Below, in pieces: positions 61,736 to 64,000 of a DNA stretch of 64,000 bases. Origin of the DNA: Piscinibacter sp. (GTDB lineage: Bacteria; Pseudomonadota; Gammaproteobacteria; Burkholderiales; Burkholderiaceae_C); NCBI GenBank assembly GCA_044223035.1, contig JBGAMJ010000013.1, positions 1,253 to 65,252 of the forward strand, read 5' to 3'. The notes under the pieces were generated by a model. That model was not told the origin of the DNA. It saw nothing but the letters and a program-made list of their open reading frames with translations, and did not search any database. The stretch's first letter is position 1. Each line of letters begins with the position of its first letter. Both the position numbers and the translations under genes were made by a program.

Positions 61736-62899
61736 CTACTTCACGATCTCGTAGCGCACGCCGCGCGTGACGCTGACGATGGGCAGCTGGTCGGCGTCGT
61801 AGCCGGCCGGCTTGCCGCTCTTGTCGTTGGCGCGGCGGAATGCGAAGTCGCCGGTCGCGCCGTTCCACTTGACGGACGGCAGCGCATCGCGCAGCGCCGT
61901 GCGGTCCTTCGCGAGATCGCCGCTGAGCTTGATCTTCTTGATCGCCGCGGCCGCAATGTGCAGGGCGTCGAAGGCCTGTGCGGCGAACTGGTCGGGCGCG
62001 GACTTGAACTTCTGCGTGTAGGCGACGATGAAGCTGTTGTTGACCGGCGCGCGGTTCTCGATCGACCACGGGCTGCCGATCCACAGGTTGTCGGACGCAC
62101 CCTTGGCCAGGTCGAACACCTTGACCGAGTTCATGCCGTTGCCACCGATCACCGGCACGTTCAACCCGAGCTGGCGTGCCTGAACCATGATCGGCGCGCC
62201 CTCGGCCAGCAGCGCCGACAGCACGAGCGCGTCGGGGTTGGTGGCCTTGATCTTGGTGAGCTGGGCCTTGAAGTCGACGTCGCCCTTCGCGAAGGTCTCG
62301 GTCGTCGTGACCGGGATCTTGAGGTTGTCCAGCGCCTTGACGAAGTTGTCGTAGCCGCTCTTGGTGAAGACGTCGTCGTTGCCGTAGAGCACCGCCACCT
62401 TCTTGATCTTGGCCTCGCGCACCGCGGTGCGGATCGTCACCGGCAGCACGTCCGCCTCGGTGACCGAGTTGCGGAAGACGTAGTCGCCGATCGAGGTGAT
62501 CCCGTCGGCGGTGTTCGAGGTGCCGAAGACGACGATCTTGGCCGCCTGCGCGATCGGATCGGCGGCCTGCGCCGAGTTCGACAGCGTCGGCCCGAACAGC
62601 ATCAGCACCTTGTCCTGGAAGATCAGCTTCTTGAACGCGTTGATCGCCTCTTCCTTCTTGCCCTGCTCGTCCTCGATGACGAGCGCGAACTTGTCGCCGC
62701 CCACGCCGCCGGCCGCATTGATCTGCTCCGCCGCGAGCTGGAATCCGTTGCGGATGCTCGCGCCGTACTGCGCGGCGCCGCCCGACAAGGCCTCGGCCAC
62801 GCCGATCCGCAGGTCCGCCGCCCCGGCAGCGCCCAGCCCCAGCGTGCCGGCCAGGGCGACGGACAGAAGTCTCCAATGCTTCAAGGTCGTCAGGATCAC
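61736..62899 (-). CDS. periplasmic amino-acid-binding protein of the Liv (ABC type I) family
   Basis: 387 aa from GTG 62899, with GGAG 6 nt upstream. Signal peptide ...LLSVALAGTLGLGAAGAADL, then LRIGVAEALSGGAAQYG...INAAGGVGG... Confidence 0.88.
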   Translation of the reverse strand: MILTTLKHWRLLSVALAGTLGLGAAGAADLRIGVAEALSGGAAQYGASIRNGFQLAAEQINAAGGVGGDKFALVIEDEQGKKEEAINAFKKLIFQDKVLMLFGPTLSNSAQAADPIAQAAKIVVFGTSNTADGITSIGDYVFRNSVTEADVLPVTIRTAVREAKIKKVAVLYGNDDVFTKSGYDNFVKALDNLKIPVTTTETFAKGDVDFKAQLTKIKATNPDALVLSALLAEGAPIMVQARQLGLNVPVIGGNGMNSVKVFDLAKGASDNLWIGSPWSIENRAPVNNSFIVAYTQKFKSAPDQFAAQAFDALHIAAAAIKKIKLSGDLAKDRTALRDALPSVKWNGATGDFAFRRANDKSGKPAGYDADQLPIVSVTRGVRYEIVK

Positions 62900-62998
62900 G
62901 TAGGACTCCGCAGTTCGAGGAACCGCGAATCTTAACGTTGCCCAAGCGGGCCGAGCACCCGGCATCCTGCCGACGACGCCCCGCTACCATCGCCGCCC

Positions 62999-64000
62999 AT
63001 GGCCCAGCACCCAGGCGATTTCGAGCGCCGCATGCGCCCGTTCATCGCGCTGCAGGCGGCTGTCAGTGCGATCGGCGGCTTCGCCGGGGTGTTCGTGCAG
63101 GCGCAGCATGGCGCTGCCGCGACGACGCGCTACGCGGCCATCATGCTGACGGCGATCGCTCTGTGCATCGTGCTGTCCTATGCCTTCGGGCCGCGGCTGC
63201 GCCTGAGTGGCCGGCGGCTCTTGCGGGCGGGGTTCGCACTGCCTGCGGCGCTGCTGTGGTGGGCCGAAGGCCGGCCCGACGTGCTCGCGCTGGCCGTCGG
63301 CGGCTTCATCGGGCTCACCTGGGGTGCGCGGCATGCCCTGGAACTGCACCTGCTGGGCGATGACGAGCGCGACGCCTACGCCGCCCACGCGATCGCGCTG
63401 GCAGTCGGTGTGTCGCTGGTCACGACGCTGGTGGTGAGTGTCGTGCTCGCGTTCTCGGGCGAGGCCCGGATGCCGGTGTACCGCCTGTTTGCGGTGCTGG
63501 CGGCGGTGGGCGCCCTGTTCGCCGGGCGCCGCGTGCCGGAGGCGCCCCCGGTCGCGCTGCACGCGCCCTGGGCCGTCGTCCGCCAGCGCCAGTATCTGGC
63601 CTGTCTGCCGCTGTTCTTTCTCGAATCGGGGCTGCTGGGCGTCGGCCTGGTGCTCACCGCCAACGGCGCCGTGCGGTCGCTGGAGGGCGCCAGCCACTAC
63701 GGCTGGGCCGCCAGCGCCGCCACGCTGGTCGGCGCGGTCGCGCTGCGCGCGGCCCGCGGCCTGCGTCACGGCGGCAACCGCGACGGCTGGATGCTCGGCG
63801 CCTGCGTCGGCGTCGTCATGGCAGCAGGGCTGCTCGGCGCGAGCGTCGCGTGGCCGGCGATCTTCGTGCTGCACCTGCTGCTGCAATCGATGGTGGCGCC
63901 GTTCTGGATGGCCAGCGAGCACGTGCTCAACCAGCGCGCCCTGGACATCCGCGGTGCCGTCGGCGATCGCATCGTGGCGCGTGAAGCCGCACTGGGCCTG
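62999..64000 (+). CDS. multi-pass membrane protein, 5' part (continues beyond the window)
   Basis: Frame open from ATG 62999 to the window end; it is not in the ORF track because no stop is reached. Repeated hydrophobic helices (AIMLTAIALCIVLSYAF, LALAVGGFIGLTW, GVSLVTTLVVSVVLAF, LGACVGVVMAAGLLGA). MFS-like, but the family is not established. Confidence 0.45.
   Translation, partial: MAQHPGDFERRMRPFIALQAAVSAIGGFAGVFVQAQHGAAATTRYAAIMLTAIALCIVLSYAFGPRLRLSGRRLLRAGFALPAALLWWAEGRPDVLALAVGGFIGLTWGARHALELHLLGDDERDAYAAHAIALAVGVSLVTTLVVSVVLAFSGEARMPVYRLFAVLAAVGALFAGRRVPEAPPVALHAPWAVVRQRQYLACLPLFFLESGLLGVGLVLTANGAVRSLEGASHYGWAASAATLVGAVALRAARGLRHGGNRDGWMLGACVGVVMAAGLLGASVAWPAIFVLHLLLQSMVAPFWMASEHVLNQRALDIRGAVGDRIVAREAALGL

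Noticed and set aside
62938-63922. Track ORFs 62938..63363 (+) and 62984..63922 (-)
   Set aside because: Both are Arg/Ala-rich. A third frame, open from ATG 62999 to the window end and therefore absent from the track, encodes a coherent multi-helix membrane protein and was preferred.

Overview
GC-rich proteobacterial chromosomal segment; gene content and synteny look betaproteobacterial (Burkholderiales-like). Many long ORFs in the six-frame track are antisense or off-frame artefacts of the high GC content and were not called.

- **1-15 kb, conserved core:** the tail of a flagellar locus (FlhG-like gene, fliA), a methyltransferase, an alpha/beta hydrolase, argH, the algZ/algR-type two-component pair, ppc, hemC-hemD-hemX-hemY and tRNA-Arg(ACG). 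Three copies of one MITE-like inverted-repeat element each start on the TGA stop of a plus-strand gene.
- **15-24.3 kb, tRNA-Arg island:** a 9.3-kb island bounded by perfect 46-bp direct repeats. It carries a P4-type tyrosine integrase, an AbiEi antitoxin with a truncated AbiEii toxin, a LysR regulator and a truncated dehydratase. It also holds an IS21-family element whose istB gene is split exactly inside its Walker-A codons by a 2.6-kb element encoding a large serine recombinase. This nested element is the most interesting part of the window.
- **24.3-35 kb, decaying accessory DNA:** an ISL3 transposase remnant, a GlxA-type regulator with an in-frame stop, and several gene fragments. Intact genes here are a desaturase, a TTC38-like protein, MocR, PaiB, an ABM monooxygenase and gntK/gntP.
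- **35-45 kb, cytochrome bd cluster:** a ten-gene co-directional cluster combines cytochrome bd oxidase genes (cydP-A-B, cydX, ybgE) with an orphan bc1-type Rieske gene. It continues with a degenerate metallo-beta-lactamase (MBL) fold protein, DUF302, a cysteine-less SQR-like flavoprotein and a truncated haemoglobin. It lies divergent to rhodanese, a Crp/Fnr regulator and a FisR-like sigma-54 activator.
- **45-56 kb, sulfide and efflux cluster:** an ArsR regulator, RND efflux genes, trxC, tolC, sqr, rhodanese, pdo and tauE. It ends in a second cydP-cydA start that is cut off by IS66 debris (56-58.3 kb).
- **58.4-63 kb:** a liv-type ABC amino-acid transporter, followed by a partial membrane-protein gene.

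No CRISPR array or rRNA gene was seen.
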